From contig NC_082731.1 of the NCBI RefSeq assembly GCF_030144855.1, positions 28,830,001 through 28,894,000 on the forward strand: a stretch of 64,000 nt of DNA, given 5' to 3'. Positions 38,601 to 52,399 of the stretch are shown piece by piece. The DNA comes from Hypanus sabinus (lineage: Eukaryota). The notes below the pieces were generated by a model. That model was not told the origin of the DNA. It worked only from the letters and a program-made list of their open reading frames with translations, and made no database searches. Position 1 is the first letter of the stretch, and the number at the start of each line of letters is the position of its first letter. Made by a program: the position numbers and the translations under genes.

Positions 38601-41600
38601 TTCTTTTTACAATATTTTTATTCAGAAGAAGAAAGAAAAAGATTTACAGAGTGTAACACATAGATACATCTCAACATAACTTGTGTACATTCATATATTG
38701 TAATAAAATTGATTAAAATGTTATAGGATAACACATAAAGGTATACCACTCTGTAATCAAAGATTTAAAGATAGGTCATACATCATAAAAGAAATTTTTT
38801 TCTATATAAAAAAAGTCAACCCCCTGCCAACTACCAAAGAAAAAAGCTGATGGATGACAATGGATAATTAGAAAAAAAAACATATTCACTTAAGTATAGA
38901 AGATAAAAATATACATAAAAGTCTATGCACTGTTAAACTTTATAAATTGGAAAAGTAATTTAGGAAAGGTCCCCAAATATCATAAAAAGATTGTTTCAAA
39001 TTTAAGACTGAGCAGCGGATCTTTTCTAAATTTAAATACGGCATAATATCACGTAGCCATTGAAGATGTGTAGGGGGGTAGACTCCTTCCATTTAAGCAA
39101 AATTGCTCTTCTTGCTAAAAGAGAGGTAAAAACTAAAACCTGTAGGTCAGGAGTATTTAAAGTTATATCTTCATTTGCAATAATACCAAACAAGGCTGTA
39201 AGGGGATTTGGGTCAAATTGGACCCTAAGAAGTTGAGAGAAGGTGTGAAATACTTCCCACCAAAACTTTGCAATTGTAGGGCAAAACCAAAACATACGAA
39301 TTAAAGAGGCATCAGCAGAGTTGCATTTATTACAATGTGGAGAAACATTCGGGTAAAAACTGGAGAGCTTCTGTTTAGAAATGTAAGCTCTATGAAACAC
39401 TTTAAATTGTAGAAGAGAATGATGAGCACAGAAAGATGATTTATTAACCCGTTTAAGAAGTTTATTCCATCTATCATCAGAAATCTGACAATTTAGGTCA
39501 CCCTCTCAAGCTTTTTTTATTTTTTCTAAAAAGTCTTGTCTAGAATCAATCAACAAGTTATAGATACCGGTAATAGAACCATTAACAAAAGGTTTTAAAT
39601 TTAAAAGATCATCCAGTAAATTTTTATCAGGATCTATAGGAAAAGTAGCTAATTGGAAACTTAGAAAATCTCTAATTTGAAGGTATCTATAAAAATGTGA
39701 TTTTGGGAGTGCAAATTTATTTGACAATTGGTCAAAAGAAGCAAGAGATCCTGAGATAAACAGGTCCCAAAAACTCTTAATACTTAATTCATCCCAATCT
39801 TTAAAGACTTTATAGTCATGGAAGGGATAAAAAAAAAATTAAGGAGAATGGGAGATGATAATGAAAAATACGCTAAACCAAAAAATTTTCTAAATTGAGA
39901 CCAGATCCTTAAAGTTTGCTTAACAATTATGTTATCTGTTGTTTATTTGCTGAAAAAGAAGAGTATGATCCAAGAAGAGTGACAATAGAGGAATTTTTTA
40001 CAGAACTAACTTATAAGGAGACCCATGATGGGCAATCTTTACAATAAATATAATAAGACCAGAAAGTAATATTCCTTATATTGGAAGCCCAATAGTAAAA
40101 GCTAAAATTGGGTAGGGCTAGTCCACCCATCTCTTTATTTCTTTGTCAATAAACTTTACTTAAACAAGCTTGTTTATTATTCCAAATATAAGAGGTTAAA
40201 ATTGAATCTAAAGAATCAAAGTACGTCTTAGGAATAAAAATAGGTAAGGCCTGAAAAAGATATAAAAATTTAGGAAGAATCTTCATTTTAATCGAATTAA
40301 TTTGGCCAATTAGGGATAAAGAAAGAGGGGACCGTTTAGTAAGCGTCTTTTTCACATAATTCAATAAGGGGTTTAAGTTTTCTTTGAATAAATTCTTGAA
40401 GTTTTTAGTAATTCTTACACCTAAATATGTAAATTGACTTGTAACAACTTTGAACGGAAATTTGGCATTTGATGACATTAGGTCATTTAAAGGAATCAGC
40501 TCACTTTTATGTAGGCTCAGCTTATATCCTGAAAAAGAACTAAACTGGGAGATTAAGGAAAGAAACACAAAGGTAAAGAAGTTTCAGTGTTAGAGATAAA
40601 AAGTAAAATATCATCAGCATTTAATGAAATTTTATGAGACATACCTTCCCTTAGTATACCAGAAATGTCCTTAGCTTCTCGAAGTGCTATTGCTAAGGGT
40701 TCTACAGCTAAAGCAAAAAGTAAAGGACTAAGAGGACATCCTTGTCTAGTTCCCCGCTGTAATTTAAAGGGCTTAGAAATTTGGGAGTTAGTAATAACCT
40801 GAACGGTAGGAGACAAGTAGATTAATTTAACCCAACGAATAAAATTAGGCCCAAAATTAAACTTTTCTAAGGTCTTAAAAAGAAAATTCCACTCAATCCT
40901 CTCACAGGCTTTTTCTGCATCTCTGATATTTTTTTTGGATGGTGAGTATATCACATTCAATAACCGATGTATATTAAAATGTGAGTAACGATTTTTAATA
41001 AATCCTGTCTGGTCATGTGATATAATAGATGGTAGAATATTTTTAAGTCTTCGAGCTAAGATTTTGGCTAAATTTTTTGCATCAACATTTAATAAAGAAA
41101 TCGGTCTGTATGAAGAATATTCAGCTGGATTTTTATTTTATTTAAGAATAAGAGAAATAAAAGCTTCATAAAAAGATTGAGGGAGTTTACCTGATTTAAA
41201 GGACTCTGATAAAACAGAGGATAAATAAGGTGTAAGTAACGTAGTGAAAGTTTTATAAAACTCCCCAGGAAAGCCATCAGGTCCTGGGGTCTTACCAGAA
41301 TGTAAAGCACGTATAGCCTCAGCCACTTCTTCATTGGAAATAGGCTGATCTAACTGTGTTAGACTATCAGCAGGCAATGTAGGAATGCTGATATTACTGA
41401 AAAAAGTGTTCATATAGGTATCATCTGAAGAAGAGTCAGAATGATACAACTTAAGGTAAAAGTCTTTAAATATGTTGTTAATTTCAGAATGGTCGGATGT
41501 CTTAGTTCCATTATCTTTAAAAAATCCTGGGATTTGACGATTAACTGTAAAAGATTTTAAGCCATTGGCTAATAACCTATCAGTTCTATCCCCATGAAGA

Positions 41601-44600
41601 TAAAATTGAGTTTTATCTCTCAACAGCTGTCATTCAATTGGGTAAGTCAGCAGAAGATTATACTTGGATTGCATTTCAATACGCTTATTAAATATGGATC
41701 TAGAGATAGGGCATACTTTCGATCAAGATCTTTTAATATCGCTGCTAGGTCAGACCTTTCTTTGTCAGCTTTTTTCTTTATATAGTTAGAGTAAGAGATA
41801 ATTTCTCCACGAATATATGCTTTAAAAGTATCCCAGACTATATTACCAGCAGTACCTCCTTTAAAATTTTCTTTAAAGAAAAAAGTAATATGGTTTTCCA
41901 AAAACTTTAGAAAATTTTTATCAGATAACAATGATAAGTTAAAACGCCAACTTCTATTTGGTACAGAGTAAGCAGGTAATCTTAAAGCCAGAAGCACAGG
42001 TGCATGATCAGACAAAGCAATCTCCTTATAATCACAGGATCGTACCAGCGGAAGCAAGTTTCTATCTATAAAAAAATAATCAATCCGAGAGTACATATGA
42101 TGAACCTGAGAGAAATATGAATATTACTTTTCTTGGGGGTGTAAAAACTGCCACATGTCAAGAATACCACATTGAGATAAAAAAGATTTAAAAAGTAAGA
42201 CTGATTTATTAGTGACAGGGGTTTTACTCGAAGAGCGGTCTAATATAAGGTCAAGCCAAAAATTAAAATCTCCACCCATCATTAAGGAATACTGATTCAA
42301 ATCAGGCAGAAAAGAGAAAAGGCGTTCAAAGAACAAGGAGTCATCTATATTTGGAGTGTATACATTCGCAAATACGATTAGTTTATTCCCTAGACTACCC
42401 GATACAATAACAAAGCGCCCATTTGTATCAGAAATTACATTATGTTGAATAAAGGATAAATTCTGATCGAACAGGATAGAGACGCCTCTCGATCTAGATT
42501 GAGAGGGTGAGTGAAAATGTACACCCTTCCATCCTTTGAAAGAACGTGAAATATCATCTTTACGAATATAGGTTTCTTGGAGAAAGATTATGAGTGTTAA
42601 GTTTCCGGATACAAGAGAAAATCTTATTTCGTTTAACAGGGTTATTTAGACCTTTCACATTAAAACTGAGTATATTAATAAAAGAATCCATCAAGTATCC
42701 TTTAGTAATGTATAAAAGGTAATCACAGACATGTAGATAGTGAACAAGTAAAACAGTAAAAACATCCAATCAGCTTCATAGAAGAACCCATTTCCCCCCT
42801 CCCTGCCCCCAAAGAGAGAAATCAGCCAAGAGAGGCTGAAGACTAATTCTAACGTTCTCAACCCAAAACTCCTGTGGCTCCAGAAAATATATATGTATAG
42901 CTGTGCTGAATAAACGGTTGTAAATATATATATGCTAAAAAGTCAAAGTAAATAAGTTTGTTAATTACGTTAAAAAAACAATGGGAAAATATAAGTATTC
43001 GTCTCGGTAAAAAAGCAAAGACAAATAAGGAAAATCAGTAAGTAAAACAACATATACTCGCGGGTGCAAAAATAGAGTAAAGAAACAGAAGATAATTAAA
43101 AAGGGTAGCGGTTTAGATAGCTTCCTACATAACGCTGAGAGAATATAACGTATTGTTTAAAAAGAGCTGCGAAAAGCAGCTAAAGAGAAAATGGATGCTG
43201 TCTGCCTGCATATTTTGCATAGTTTGAAAGATAACAAGGCGCCAGTTACTTACAAATGATTAAGACTTCATAAAACCAAGAAACCTTGCTATCAACAAAA
43301 CGCCAATTACTTGATTGAACACCTGAAATTAAAACATTTAACATAAAACAACTCAAAGTTGAATTTAAGGATGGAGACTTTGTAAAAGTTTCTTAGCTTC
43401 TTCAGGCTTCGTAAACCAAGAGACCTTATTATCAGAAGTAGTAACCTTGAGTTTACACGGATTTCTGAGAGAAAGGCGACAGCCAAGCTTAAAACGATCA
43501 GACATAAGCTCTTTAAAAGCCTGTCTGGCTCTTAGAACATCCAGTGGATAATCTTGAACGATCCAAAACTGTTGATCACGAAATTGTAAAATACGTTTCT
43601 TCCTCGATTCACGAAGGATCTGTTCTTTAATCTGATAGTCGTAAAAGCGAATGATAATGGAGTGAGGTTTGGCAGGGTCCCAATTGGGGGGGGGGGGGGT
43701 AACTCGGTGAACGTGCTCAAATTTTGGTAGTTCCGATAATATATCAGGGAATAAATCTTTCAGCATTTGAGCACAAATATCGATAGGTTGATTACCCTCC
43801 AGTTTTTCGGGAAATCGAAGAATTCTGATATTGCACTTTTGGTTCCTGGTCTCCAAGTCTGTAAGTTTCTTCAGTAATGCGTCGTATTTTTTTAAGTTGT
43901 TCCATAGAAATTCTCTTGAAACCTTGGATATCCTTCTGCAACACCGGCAGAGATTCTTCGTGTAGCTTAATATGAATTTCGTGGTCATTCACAGTCTGCT
44001 GTATACGTCCAAGTTTCCGATTAAGCGTTTTCAGTTCAGATTTAACCAGGTCGAAGGAATTCTGTAACAAATCAAACTTGGATTCCAAGTCATCCAGTTT
44101 ATCCAATTTTTCGAGTTTCTCTGACATTATTGGAGTATAAAAATATTATGGAATATAAAACTTGTATTATTTGATGTGTAACCAAAACTATGTAGTCAGT
44201 TTGCTATGCATGTACCCAAGTTGAAATGTTGGAATGTAGAAGACAATGGTGTGTTAATATATGTTAATTAGAGGTATCTAAGAGATGTAGTCAGCTTTGA
44301 AGTCAGCTTTGAAGTTTGCTATTTGCTATGCATGTATCCAATTGAATGTAGAAGACAATGGTGTAGTAATGAGAGGTAGCAAAGAGATGTTTTGCTTTGA
44401 ACTTGTTTGCTGTGTAACCAAAACTATGTAGTCAGCCTTGATGTAGATTATGTAGTTTGAACTTGCTATTTGCAATGCATGTACCCAATTTAGTAGGAGA
44501 ATGAAATCTTAAGAATGTAGAAGACAATGGTGTGTTGGTGAGAGATGGCTGGGAGATGTGGATTGGAACATGATTAATTCAATGGGACGTACGTGTGAAA

Positions 44601-44929
44601 CTGGACCAGGATTTTGCTATAAAAAATGCCGTGTCCGAGGATTGGTGGGCAATCAGCGACTAGCTCACTGACTGTGTCAGCTTTGATTTGCAAATTAAAG
44701 TTTAACCCTTCTTGAAGAATCTTCTGCGTCTCTTGGTCATTTGTGAGGCACGAAAAACCACGACAGCATTTGTTGAATCATTTCAGTCGAAGTCTCTGAA
44801 GTAGTCTCTTTTTTTGACAGCTTTCTACTCATGGTTCTCTCACCGAGATCGGTTTAAACAGCAAAGTAAGCAAATAATTTCGGAGCACGTAGCTAGTGCA
44901 ACCTACTCCATTACAGCCACCGGAAGTCT
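38601..44929 (-). mobile_element. Full-length degenerate L1-clade LINE (5' UTR, ORF1, ORF2 APE-RT, A-rich tail) with 15-bp TSD, inserted in a CR1
   Basis: TSD GTGAGGCCTCACCTT at 38586-38600 and 44930-44944; 5' end GACTTCCGG; ORF1 coiled-coil/RRM (43365-44127); ORF2 SFNVKGLNN, SRIDYFF, PGPDGFPGEFYK and GTRQGCPLSPLLF. Confidence 0.92.
44128..44765 (+). mobile_element. Solo LTR inserted in L1 ORF1
   Basis: Ends TATTGG...CGACA; 4-bp TSD ACAT/GCAT; TATA-like CTATAAAAA and ATTAAA; internal short tandem duplications. Removing it restores L1 ORF1 ...IQQMSEKL. Confidence 0.7.
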
Positions 44930-45490
44930 GTGAGGCCTCACCTTGAGTATTGTGAACAGTTTTGGGCCCCTCATCTTAGAAAAGATGTGCTAGCATTGGA
45001 GGGGGTCCAGTGGAGGTTCACATGGATAATTCCAGGAATAAAAGGGGAATACGAGGAACGTTTGCTGACTCTGGGTCTGTACGCACTGCATTTCAGAATG
45101 ATGAGGGGGGATCTCATTGAAACCTTTCGAATGTTGATAGGCCTAGTCAGAATAGATGTGTTCCCCATGGTGGGAAAGTCTAGGACAAGAGGGCACAGCC
45201 TCAGGATAGAGAGGCGCCCTTTCAAAACAGAGCTGTGGAAAAATTTCTTTCCCCAAGGTGTGGTGAATTTGTGGAATTTGTCGCCACATGCAGCTGTGGA
45301 GACCAGATCGTTGGGTATATCTGAGGCAGAAATTGGTAAGTTCTTGATTGGACATGACATCAAAGGTTATGGGGAGAAGGCCGAGAACTGGGGTTGAAGA
45401 GGAGTAAAAATAGGATCAGCCATGATTGAATGGTGGAGCAGAATCGATGGGCCAGGTGGACTAATTCTGCTCCTATGTCTTATGGTCTTT
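44930..45490 (+). mobile_element. CR1 3' end (continuation of 38480-38600, split by the L1)
   Basis: MRPHLEYCEQFWAPHLRKD ORF and a CR1-type 3' UTR/tail. Confidence 0.85.
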
Positions 45491-46199
45491 TGGAGTTTTG
45501 CAGAATGTTAGGCACATTGTGAATCACATAACATGTCCTGTGTCCTGCATAGAGTAAGGGAGATTTTGTTGAGACACACTGAAGGTGAGGTCCTGTTCGA
45601 AGGGCACCGATGCCAATGATCCCTTTGAAAGCCTCCCTGTGTCTCTTTCTGGGACTGTCTGTCTCTGCTTTAGCCACTCAGATTGTCCTTTCTTCAAACA
45701 TTCACACAGTTTCTTTATTTGCATAGTTCTGATCTTATCCTTTGTCTCTTCTTGCAATTCTCTCTGTCTCTGTCTCTGTCAAATTTAGCCTCGGGAATGT
45801 CTTATACAACTTCAACATAACATCCAATCTCCTGTACACAATACCTAGATCTGTGAAGGCCAATTGCAACACATCACACAATTGTCTCTGTCTCTACTGA
45901 ACTCACAAGAAGAACAGGAGAAAGAGTAGACCACCAGATTCCATGCTCTGGTCTAAGATATCTGGGGATACATTCCCTCTGAGAGAAGAAATTTCTCTGC
46001 ACCTCAGTTTCAAATATTCGGCTCCTTATTTCATAACAATGTCCCCTTGTTCGTTGCTCTCTGGCAGGTGACAATTTCTCAACATCAACCCTCTAGTGCC
46101 CCTTTTGTTTCTGATATGTTTGAGTCCAGAAATCCTGGATTCTTCTGAACTCTAAGGAATGTAAACACAGACAGTCTGGCCTCGGTCACTGTCTGACAG

Positions 46200-47377
46200 T
46201 CACTTCAGTTACAGAAACAGGCCCTTCGGCCCATCCAGTATTTAAACTGCCCAAACCCATTGACTTCCACCCAGACCATAGCCATTCATACCCCACCCAT
46301 TCATGTACCTACACTCCAAATTTAGCCTCACAAATGTCTTATCCAACTTCAAAATAACATCCAATCTCCTGTACACAATACCTAGATCTGTGAAGGCCAA
46401 TTGCACCACATCACACTTAAATCCCATATGCCATTTTTCTGCCCATTGAGATCTAGAAAAGTACAGTCCAGAGACAGGCCTTTCAGCCCATTTAGTCTGT
46501 GCCGTCATTTAAGCTGCTAAGTCCCACTGACTTGCACCCAGAGCATTGTCCTCCATACTCTTCCCATCCATCTAACCATCCAAACTTCTCTTAAACATTG
46601 AAATCGATCTTGCAGACATCAATTATTCTGGCAGCTCATTCCACACTCTCACAAATCTCTGAGTGAAGAAGTTTACCTCATGTTCTCCTTCAACATTTCA
46701 CCTTTCACCCTTAACCTATGATCTCTAGTTGGCGTTCTTCCCAACCTCAGTGGAAAAAGCCTGCCTGCTTTTACCCTATCTATACCCCTGATAAATTTGT
46801 ACACCACCATCAAATCTCCCCTCAATCTTTTATGTTTTAGGGAAAACAGTCCTAGCCTTTGTAATCCTTCCTTATAACACAGTTTCTCCAGACCTGGTAG
46901 AATTCTTTTAAACTTTCTCTGTACTCTTTCAAGCTTATTTACATCTTTCCTGTAGGTTAGTGACTGCAAACTGTACTCCAAATGAGGCCTCACAAATGTC
47001 TTATACAACTTTAAGATAACTTCCCATCTCCTGTACTCAGTACTTTGGCTTATGAAGACCAATGTGCCAGAAGTTTTGTTCATGATCCTATCTACCTGTG
47101 CCTCCATTTTCAATGAATTATGGACCTGTATTCACAGATCCCTTTGTTCTACCACACTCCTCAGTGTCCTATCATTCACTGTGTAAGTCCTACCCTGGTT
47201 GGTACTACCAAAGTGCAACACTTCACACTTGCCTACAATAAATTCCATCTGCTATTTTACCGTCTGGTCTAGATTCCACTGCAAGCTCCGATAGTCTTCC
47301 TTGCTGTCGGCTCCACCCCCCAATCTTGGTGTCAATTACAAATTTGCTGATCCAGTGAACTATATTACCATCCAGAT
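46200..47377 (-). mobile_element. CR1 3' fragments, continued at 49919-51350 beyond the hAT insertion
   Basis: FVRPHLEYSLQ and SKFVIDTKIGG motifs; contiguous with 49919 after removing the transposon. Confidence 0.75.
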
Positions 47378-49918
47378 CAGGGGTGGCCAACCTTTTACAT
47401 TCCATGCGTCAATTTTTTCACGCACGAGTTCAGATGCGCCATACAACTCTTGTACCCCCATTAATTTCTTGTAAAACTATGTTAATATGGACATATTTAG
47501 CATTTTATATGATATATTGATTTAATATAAAAACAAGATAAACATTATTTACCTTAATGAGACTTTTGAGTCTGTTTTGATTTTGCCAAGATTTTAGTGT
47601 TTGGAGATAAATTAATTTCTGAGAGCAGCAGAGAATTCTTCAAATTAGAATCAGTCAACCGTGACCTCATTTTGTTTTTAATCAACTTCTTGGCTGAAAA
47701 TGCTTGTTCATATCTTTACGTCTTTCCAAAATGACAGATATAATTCTGGGCAAATTTTCTTAGCTCTGGAAAATGTTCACAGGGTAATGATCGCCAGAAA
47801 TTAATCATGTCAGAAGCATTTGGGACTGAGGGAAGCTCATCAAATTTTAAGTTCAATAATGAATTTGGTTTCAAGTCAGTAAGTTCTATACTTGTGTTAC
47901 TAGGCATCTTCATGATCTTTGTTCAAGTGAAAATGGGTTTATAAATGCAAGTATGCAGTCTACTTCTTTAGCAAAATCACGAAAACAACTTTCAAAAGAC
48001 TCTTGCAATAACCTGATTTTTTTCAATATATTTTGTAAAATTGCCGTTAACTTCAGCACATTCACTCTGATCTTTTAAGTGTGGAAACTGGCTCAAATCC
48101 TCATTTTCTAACTGAGAGGTGAACAGTTTTAACTTCATCTTGAATGCATTGATTTCATTTACTAAGCTAGGAAACAATTTGTTCTTACCATGGAGTTTCA
48201 AATTTAGATAATTGAGATGCTTTTAACATCAACTAAAAATGCTAAATCAAATAGTCAATTGTTAAAAGGGCTCTTTCCTCTGGCAGCTCAATTTTTTTTT
48301 CTAGATAATTATTAACATTATTTTTCAACTTCCAAAATCTACTCAGAACCTGTCCTCTAGAAAGCCAGCGCACCTCGTAATGAAGGACGAGATCGCCATA
48401 TTCCACATCTAACATTTCACAATATTCTCTGAACTCCCATCTGTCTAATCCTCTTGCTTTAACTTTATTCACACATTTCACAACCAGTAGCATACCATGC
48501 TGCAAATTTAAAGTTTTTCCACACAGTGACTCATGGTGTATAATGTAGTGGTATCTTAGTAGAGGACAACCTAAAAAGTTTTCAAGCAGTAGTCCCAGCG
48601 GCTTTAACTATCATTACCGGCGCTCCATCAGTGCAAACACCAATGAGTTTACTGGAAGCTAGTTATAGATTTTCTAGGCATGATTTTACTTTGTCAAATA
48701 TGTCAGATCCTCTTGTTTTTCCATGAAGAGACTAAAGACCAACAAGTTTGTCAAAGATGCTAAAATTATCATCAATTCCTCTTATAAAAATGTTTAACTG
48801 GGCTACATCACATATGTCAGCAGATTCGTCCAAAGCTGAAGAAAAGAAAGTACAAGCATGGACAAGGTCTTTCAGTTGCTCAGATACATCATGACAGAGC
48901 TCTTTGGTGCATCTTGTAACTGCTTTGACAGAGCAATTTCATCTACAAGTATTTTCCTTTTGATACTTTTATCACTAAGACATCTTGCAAATATTTGCAG
49001 ACGAGGCTTAACAATTTCTTCTCCAACAGAGAAAGACTTCCATTTTTGGCCAATGCAAAAGTAATTTCGTAGGATGCTTCAGTCATTGCCAAACTTTAAC
49101 AACTTCTTTTAACAAATATATTTGCTCTCCTTTTGACTTCTTCCTTTTTCATAATCACATATTCTTTCCGTAACTCAGACCCAAGCACTAGCTTCAGTTT
49201 TACTTTTATTTCTGTCTAATGTTGTGTTTTATAGTGTCTATTAAGATCATGTCTTGTATTATGTGAGAAAGTGTTTTCACGAACAATGCACAACGATATT
49301 CCTGACAGACCCGCTATAAATAAGAACACATTTTCCAACTGTTCATTGAATTCATGCTTACTAACACTTTCTGCTTTCTTTTGCTCATTTCTTTTGCACT
49401 ATGATGGGTAACTGAATGTAAAACGAAGGCTTAATTTTTGAAAAAGTACAAAACTGCAAATGTTCACAAAAGACAAACAAAGCACAACTCCATAGCACAT
49501 GAGTGTCAATTGTAAACTGACTGGCAAGATCCTGCAATGCATCACTGGTGCAGACGCCTGGCATCTGAGGATCAAACAAGTATCAAATTTGTATTGAACA
49601 GTTATGGAACAACTACAGAACAAAAGTCCTTCTTTCCTAGTTTGACTTATTGAACATTTTTTAAAATTGAAAGCAGATCAATGTCAAAGAAGATAGCATT
49701 CTCCAAAAGATGTGCACGAAATAATAAAATCACTAAAAATAATTGCTAAGTTTTAGATTTATTCTCAGTAAATCCCATTTCTAGATCTAAGCTACTTGAA
49801 TTCCTGTTATAGATTTTTTTTCTACAAATTGGTTTTTGGTTAATACTTTTTGCATGAGTGGGGTTACTTTTTTATTATTATCACTGGGGTACAATGCACC
49901 ACTGGTTGGCCATCCCTG
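47378..49918 (-). mobile_element. hAT (Charlie/SPIN-like) DNA transposon, degenerate transposase
   Basis: 15-bp TIRs CAGGGGTGGCCAACC / GGTTGGCCATCCCTG (14/15); 8-bp TSD ATCCAGAT/ATCTAGGT (6/8); transposase motifs YGDLVLHYEVRWLSRG.VL.RF and INAFK.KLKLF. Confidence 0.88.
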
Positions 49919-51350
49919 ATCTAGGTGATTGATACAGATGACAGACAACAATGGACCCAGCACCAATCCCTGCAGAACTCCACCAGTCATAAGCCTTCAG
50001 TCAGAGAAGCAACCATCTGCTACCATCTCTGGCTTCTTCCACAAAGCCAATATCCAATCAAATTTACTGCCTCATCTTGACATATCTGTTAAATCCCTTA
50101 GGATTCTCCTGCAGTTTGCCTGCTAGGGAAACCTTGTCCATTCTTTTAGTTCTTATTTCTTTCTTAGGGGTTTTTTTGCAGTTATTATACCCCATAAATA
50201 CCTCATTTGTTCCTACCTGCCTGACCCTGCTGAGCATTTCCTTTCTCTTCTTCACGAGGGCCTCAATATCTCTTGAAGACCAAGGCTCCCTGAACCTGTC
50301 ATCATTGCCTTTTATTCTGACAGGCACATACAAGCAATGTGCTCTCAAAATTTCACGTTTGAAGGCTTCCCACTTACCAAGAACACCTTTGCCAGAAAAC
50401 ACCCTGTCCCAACTCACACTTGCCAGATCCTTTCTGATACCATCAAAATTGGCCTTACTCGAATTTAGAATCTGAACCTGTGAACCAGATTTATCTTTTT
50501 CCATATTTCTTTTGAAACTAATTGCATTTTGATCAGTAGATGCAAAGTGTTCCCTTATACAATCTTCTGTCAGCTGCCCTGTCTCATTCCCTAAAAAGAC
50601 ATCGAGTATTCCACACACTCTAGTTGGGACTTCTCCATGCCGATTAAAGAAACTTTCCTGTGTACATTTCACAAACTCCATCCCTTTTATAGACTGGGAG
50701 TCCAAGTCAATATGTAGAAAGTTGAAATGACCTACCATCACAACCTTATGTTTTTTACAACAGTCTGTGATCTCCCTACAAACTTGTACTTCTAAATCCT
50801 GTAGACTGTTGGGTGGTCTTTAATATAGGCCCATTAACGTGGTCAGACCTTTCCTATTCCTCATTTCCACCCATAAAGCCTAAATAGAGGAGTTCTCCAG
50901 TCTCTCCTGACTGATCACAGGTAACACCATTCCTCTCCCTTTAATCCCTCCTGCATTGACATGTCTAAAACAATGGAACTCTGGAATATTGAGCTGCCAG
51001 TCCTGCCTCTCCTGCAACCAAGTCTCACTAATTTTTACGGTATCATAATTCCTTATTTTAATCTATGACATGAGCTCATTTGCCTTTCCTATAAAATACT
51101 TGCTTTGAAATATACCCAGCTGAGAACATTGCTCATACCGTGCTCAACCGTTTAATTCCTGACATCTATCTCCAGAACCTCTCCACTATCTGTCCTGACC
51201 CTCTGGTTCTCATCCCCTGAAACTCTAGTTTAAACAGCCCCCACCCGCACCCCCCATGCAGCATTAGTAAACCTTCCTGTGAGGATATTAGACCCCTTCA
51301 GTGCAGATGCAAACCATCTGCCCTGACAGACAGAGGTTTAACTGCACCAT
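49919..51350 (-). mobile_element. CR1 ORF1 end/ORF2 fragments
   Basis: VGHFNF.HIDL, WEAFKREI and GLVLGPLL motifs. Confidence 0.75.
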
Positions 51351-51932
51351 TGCAAAAGAACAGTTCCCAACAATGATATGTTTCATTTAGTTAGCGTCAC
51401 ACATGGACCAGATGAGCAGCAGCAAAGTTAATGGGGGCAAGGAGCCCTCGCACAGCGATCCGACATCTTTGACACAAATATATTGTCTGGTCAGTGGTTG
51501 GCACTCTCACCTCTTTGTCAGATGGCCGTAGGTTCTAATTTCTTTGACCATTTGTTGACAGCTGATCATTGGGACTCCTGATGCAGGAAGGGTTTAGACA
51601 CCATAGATACAAAGGCACCTATTTCTCCCCGAGTGTGTGTCACCTACCACACCTCATGTTGAAAGTTCCTTATTTCCTGTCTCCAAAAATCACAGCTAAA
51701 ACATTTTCACTTCATATTTATTGCACTTGGATCGGTACATTGACACAAACAGAGATTTAATACATTGTGCAGTCCCACACAGGGTTGAAATCCATTCAAA
51801 CATGGCAGAAGAAGGTCTTAGGATGTATGTACAAACTCAGAGATTTGTGGTGAATCATGTTTGTTCCTTAATTTGATTCTTGATCTTAATTTCATTCCTA
51901 ATTATTTTAAAAGGTCCAGATCTTAAACATGT

Positions 51933-51938
51933 TTTAAT
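51933..51938 (-). terminator. ATTAAA polyadenylation signal of the long secreted IgW form
   Basis: ~80 nt after the tailpiece stop codon on the minus strand. Confidence 0.55.
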
Positions 51939-52016
51939 CAGCAAAATAACCCTCTGTGATAATTAATAATATTAAAACTAACAAAACTAGGGTTTCATGG
52001 ATTGAATCACACAGTG

Positions 52017-52399
52017 TTACACACAAGATTTAAAACTATCAGTCAGAACAAGTGAGACATTGACCAGGGTGGGTTTGCTGTGAGATTTATTGATGCTTCG
52101 GAACAGGTTGGTTGTGAGCGACTCATGACCCACCACACAGGAGAAAGTGGTGCCGCTCTTCCACTCCTCAGGAGAAACCTTCAGCTGACTGGTCATTGTG
52201 TTCCAGCCTTTTCTGGGGTCCTTGGTCACCGGCTGGTTCACAAACCCTGTCTTCAGAAGGGTGTCATTGGCCATCCAGGCCACATAGATGTCTGCGGGAG
52301 AGAACTTGGTGACCAGGCACATGAAGGTCCCAGTCTGATCGGTGTCTACCTCATCCGATGATGGGGGGAGGAGGTAGACGTGAGGACGAGTCACATCAC
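52017..52399 (-). CDS. IgW: IgW CH6 exon plus secretory tailpiece
   Basis: Acceptor ctctctgttccAG; DVTRPHVYLLPPS..FMCLVTKFSP..W..FSCVVGHESL; tail SKPTLVNVSLVLTDSFKSCV* with NVS sequon and penultimate Cys, as in IgM/IgNAR tailpieces. Confidence 0.95.
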
